Assembly: GCF_902713615.1 (NCBI RefSeq)
Contig: NC_052162.1
Location: 114,818,742 to 114,882,741 of the forward strand
DNA length: 64,000 nucleotides
Origin: Scyliorhinus canicula
Lineage: Eukaryota
Direction of reading: 5' to 3'
The notes under the pieces are model-generated. The model did not search any database and was not told where the DNA came from. It was given only the letters and a program-made list of their open reading frames with translations. The stretch's first letter is position 1; each line of letters starts with the position of its first letter. Below are positions 59,580-64,000 of the stretch, in pieces. Both the position numbers and the translations under genes were made by a program.

Positions 59580-60350
59580 TATTCACCTTTCACCCCCTTG
59601 CTTAACAAGATTCTATCCAGCTCTGCCTTTAAAATATTCACAGTCTCTGCTTCCACTGCCCTTTGAGGAAGAGAGTTCCAAAGACTCACGACCCTCTGAG
59701 AGAAAAAAGTTCTCCTCTGCCTTAAATGGGCAACTTGTTACTTTAAAAGTGTCTCCAATTTCTAGATTCTCCCACAAGCGGAAACATCCTTTCCACATCC
59801 ACCCTGTCATGGCCCCTCAGCATCTTATACGGTTCAATCAAGTCACCTAAACTCCATTGGACACAAGCCCAGCCTGTCCAACCATTCCTCATAAGACCAG
59901 CCTCCAATTCCAGGTATGAGTCCAGTAAACCTTCTCTGAACTGCCTCCAACACATTGACTTCATTCCTTAAATGAGAGCAATACTGTACACAGTGCTCCA
60001 GATGTGGTCTCACCAATGTCCTGTATAACTGAAGCATAACCTCCCTACTTTTGTATTCAATTCCCCTCACAATAAACAATAACATTCTATTAGCTTTCCT
60101 AATTACTTGCTGTACCTGTATACTCGCCTTTTGTGATTCATATTCTTGGACACCCAGATCCCTCTGATTCTCAGAGCTCTGCAATCTCGCACTAGTTCGA
60201 TGAGAAGCTTCTTTTTCTTCCGGACAAAATGTACAATTTCACATTTTCCCATATTATACTAATTTTGCCAGATTTTATCCCACTCATTTAAAATGTACCT
60301 TTCTAACCTCCTTATGTTCCCTTCACAATTTACTTTCCTCCCTATCTTTG
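59580..60350 (-). mobile_element. CR1 3' fragment
   Basis: RGIEYKSREVMLQLYRTLVRPHLEHCVQ. Confidence 0.85.
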
Positions 60351-61463
60351 TAACATTGAAACATAGGAGCAGGAGTTAGCCATTCAATCGAGTCTGCACT
60401 GACATTCAACACGATCATGGCTGATCATCCACTTCAGTGCCTTTTTCCCCATATCAAATCATTTCCCCGTTCTATCCCCGTGTCCCTGACGCTTTGTTTC
60501 CCTCAATTGCCCATCCAATTTTGGAAATATTCCTTCATCTCCGATTCTACCCCCCTCATAGAAAGTGAGTTCCAAGTATTTCTTACTTGTCTCAAATATA
60601 AACGAGGCTCATAAAGCACAGAAGGAGGCCAATCTGCCCATCTTTCCCATGCTAGATCTTTGAATCAATTATCTAAGTAATTCCACCGCCCTTCAAGTTT
60701 ATTTTCCTAGTTTATTTCCAAGTTTATTTTGAATCCCAACTCACAACAACTCGTTTGGGTTTATATCTAATAATTTCATGATGTACTGTGTTTGAATTTT
60801 CAGAAGGTATTTGAAATGGAGCGAAAGGCACAAATTCAAGACTCAGATTTTATTACTGATCGTCACAAGTGGGCTGAGTTTCGGGACTAATTCTAGAAAT
60901 AATTTACATTTCTATAGCATCTTTCATGGACCACAGATTCTCCTAAAGCTTTTTACAGTCAATTAAGTACTTTTGAGATGTCAGCAATTGTAGATGTGAC
61001 TCAGTAATAATATTTAGTTTTTAAAATCAATCACTCTTCCATCTTCATTGTTTTAGGTAACAAGGTCAAAGAAACCATGTTAAACACTAACAATTAATAC
61101 TGTTTCAACGAAAATGTTTCCAGAAACTGCTGAACTAGTGGAAATTGTTTAAACAAACGTTCCAGAATTTTGTAAAGCTACAGGACATCATATCATGCTC
61201 AGTCTAAGACTCATAGGCATCAAAACATCTCCAGTTATAGGTATTGCAACTATCTTCTGGTGTAACCAGTTGACATGTACATACTGTCTGCTTATCCAGT
61301 CAAGGTTAGTAAGAATGAAAGGTATTGCCTTGCACAAAGCTGTCTCTTTGAACCAATGTACCTGGTATTATCCAACAGTATTAATGAAAGATTACTGTAT
61401 TAATTAGCTACCAGTCAGTAACTGTTGATTGAATAAGTAATGAGCCTTAATTGTGTTACAATT

Positions 61464-61689
61464 GGGCAGCACGGTGGCGCAGTAGTTTAGCCCTGTTGCC
61501 TCATGGCGCCGAGGTCCCAGGTTCGATCCCGGCTCTGGGTCACTGTCCGTGTGGAGTTTGCACATTCTCCCCGTGTTTAGGTGGGTTTCGCCCCCACAAC
61601 CCAAAGATGTGCAGTGTAGGTGAATTGGCCACACTAAATTGCCCTGTAATTGGGGAAAAAAAAAATTGGGTTCACTAAATTTAAAATAA
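61464..61689 (+). mobile_element. A-tailed short SINE with a 15-bp TSD
   Basis: AATTGTGTTACAATT at 61449-61463 and 61690-61704. Confidence 0.9.
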
Positions 61690-61794
61690 AATTGTGTTAC
61701 AATTAATGAATCAATAATGAATCAGTAGTTATAGTGAAAGACTGAGTTTTATTTGCTTTCAAAATGTAAAACGTTCATTACTGTGCATGTAAAT

Positions 61795-63110
61795 AATGTG
61801 CAATGAGGATAAATGTACCGGCAAGAGAGACCTTCAAGCTCAGGTTAGCCTCAACATTTGAAACTGTCTGAATAAGGGATAGTACAGAATCAGATAAAGG
61901 GATAGTATGAAACAGTTCTATTGTATTCATAGGATCATAGAATCCCTACAGTGTAAAAGGCCATTCATCTCATCGAGTCTGCACTGACCTGCTGAATGAG
62001 CATCCCAACTCGGCTCACTCCCCCACCCTATCTCCATTACCCCTTAACCCCACATAACCTGCACATCTTTGGACGCTTAAGGACAATTTAGCATGGCTGG
62101 TCCACCTAACCTACACATCTTTGGCCTGTGGGAGCACCCGGAGGAAACCCATGGGGTGAAAGTACAAACTCCACACTGACAGTGACCCAAGGCCGAAATT
62201 GAACCCGGGTCCCTGACACTGTGAGGCAGCAGTGCTAACCACTATGCTGCCCCGTCAAAGAGAGAAACTGGTGCAAGTAATTGGGGATCCAATTAAATTA
62301 ATCCAGTGGCCAAATTGACCAATTGTCATGTTACAACAGGCCCAACTCTGACGTGAGGTAATTGTCACTTTGGGGATAAAAGTAGAGGTTCTGAAGGTCT
62401 TCCTTGCTGGCCAAGTACTGAAGACTCCTGAGTCCGAATTCCAAAGAAATTACTGTCAAAGAAGGAGCCAAACTCCCGAGGCTGAATTCCACAAGAATTG
62501 GCCTTAATTGTATCCCGATCTCGCCAATGGGAATAGGCCGGTTAGATCGGAAACCGATCGTCGCTTAGTGTCCAATTTTGGACTCTCCTGCGACCTAACT
62601 GGCGCACTTGGATTCGCGCTTCGTACATCGTGGCCATTAGATCGTGCCCTGATTTTCATTTGCTGTAAGAAATGTAAAAGCTTAATTGCTGGGTCTGTAA
62701 AGAATGTGCAATGAGGATAAATGTACTGGCAAGAGAGACCTTCAAGCTCTGATTAGCCTCAACATTTGAAACTGTATGAATAAGGGATTGTATAGAATCA
62801 GATAAAGGGACAGTATGAAACAATTCTATTGTATTCCTGTCTAAGATAATGAGAGAAGGTGGTGTCAGCAATTGGGGATCCAAGTAAATTAATCTAGTGC
62901 CAAATTGACCAATGGTCATGTTACAACAGACCCAACTCTGATGTGAGGTAATGGTCACTTTGGGGATAAAAGTAGAGGTTCTGAAGGTCTTCCTTGCTGG
63001 CCAAGTACTGAAGATTCCCAAGGCCGAGTTCCAAGGAAATTACTGTCAAAGAAGGAGCCAGACTCCCGAGGCTGAATTCCAGAAGAATTACTGTCAAAGA
63101 AGGAGCCAGA
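61795..63110. repeat. Local direct duplication of about 400 bp (61795-61930 plus 62265-62497, versus 62705-63085) with an internal repeat of about 48 bp; the first copy is split by an HE1 SINE (61933-62253)
   Basis: AATGTGCAATGAGGATAAATGTAC..GGCAAGAGAGACCTTCAAGCTC occurs twice; AATTACTGTCAAAGAAGGAGCCA occurs three times. Confidence 0.8.
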
Positions 63111-63354
63111 GAGGGTTACGCTACTACAGACTGATCACCCACATGAAGCTGGAAAAGTCAATGTTGGTTATTCAGTAAACCTATTTCATTTAATAAGCTT
63201 CTTTTTAAATTTACCATTCAGAGAATTCTGCCTTTGCCTTAATTGGTTAAAGTCTTGTCTGAACCAAAGTGAATTTATTAAATGGTAAGTTGGCGGTGGC
63301 TGAAGACAACTAAGTTCCAATTAACAAGCTCAGAAAACATAAATCTTCAATTTA

Positions 63355-63955
63355 AAAACTTGCATTTCTATAGCACCTTTCACACCCACAGGACGTCCCA
63401 AAGTGCTTTACAGCCAATGAAGTACCTTTGAAGTTGTAATGTTGGAAACGCAGTTACGCCAATTTACACACAGCAAGATCCCACACACAGCAATGTGATA
63501 ATGAGCAGATGATATATTTTTAATGATGTTGATTGAGGGATAAATATTGACCAAGTAAATAGTGGCTGTGGGAACTTTTACACCCACCTGAGAGGGGCAG
63601 ACAGGGCCTCAGTTTAACATCTTATTTGAAAGAAGGCTGTTCTGACAGTGCAGCACTCCCTCAGTGCTGGGACCAGGAATGTTGGATGTGATTTAAATGA
63701 AATGAAAATCGCTTATTGTCATGAGTAGGCTTCAATGAAGTTACTGTGAAAAGCCCCTAGTCGCCACATTCCGGCGCCTGTCCGGGGAGGCTGTTACGGG
63801 AATCGAACCGTGCTGCTGGTCTGCTTGAAAAAGCCAGCGATTTAGCTGAGTGAGCTAAACCAGCCCCTATTTTTGTCCTCAAGTCCCTGGACTGGGATTT
63901 GATCCCACAACCTTCTGACTCCGAGGTGAGAGAGCTGCCCACTGAGCCACGGCTG
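63355..63955 (-). mobile_element. DeuSINE (SacSINE1/AmnSINE1-like) interrupted by a short tRNA SINE at 63697-63867
   Basis: CAGGACGTCCCAAAG.GCTTTACAGCCAATGAAGTAC tail; GACAGTGCAGCACTCCCTCAG core; CCCACAACCTTCTGACTC head. Confidence 0.7.
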
Positions 63956-64000
63956 ACACTATAAACAATACAAAGTTAGAAAGTGAAAGTTACCCTTTAA

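Noticed and set aside
62656-63021. 121-aa ORF in the local duplication
   Set aside because: No recognisable motif, and the duplicate copy is interrupted by a SINE.

Overview
Eukaryotic, repeat-dense vertebrate DNA. The HE1-type V-SINEs, CR1/HER1 LINEs and DeuSINE point to a cartilaginous fish, probably a shark; this is an inference. The core of the window (about 6.7-53 kb) is a cluster of KRAB-less, finger-only C2H2 zinc-finger genes: 7 finger arrays plus 1 copy whose array is deleted. They are arranged strictly as four head-to-head pairs (-/+, -/+, -/+, -/+). Three pairs keep a CpG-rich promoter with paired CCAAT boxes 42-44 bp apart and ETS, NRF1, RFX-like and CRE motifs. Pairs B and D have two mirror-image arms, and pair C keeps only the left arm. 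The inferred gene model is non-coding exon 1, a 66-nt non-coding exon 2, and an exon 3 whose leader is three fossil fingers with shared stop codons. A 14-copy, same-orientation 42-bp array of CTCF-like motifs lies at the left edge of the cluster. Also present: a QTRT1 processed pseudogene lacking the DSGGFQ segment, a Penelope element with four small palindromic derivatives carrying minimal hammerhead-ribozyme cores, CR1, Rex1/Babar, L1, L2-like, Vingi-like, Copia and Gypsy remnants, a hAT MITE, many SINEs with three different tails, and several minisatellites. All calls are by eye from the sequence and the ORF track; TE boundaries are approximate.
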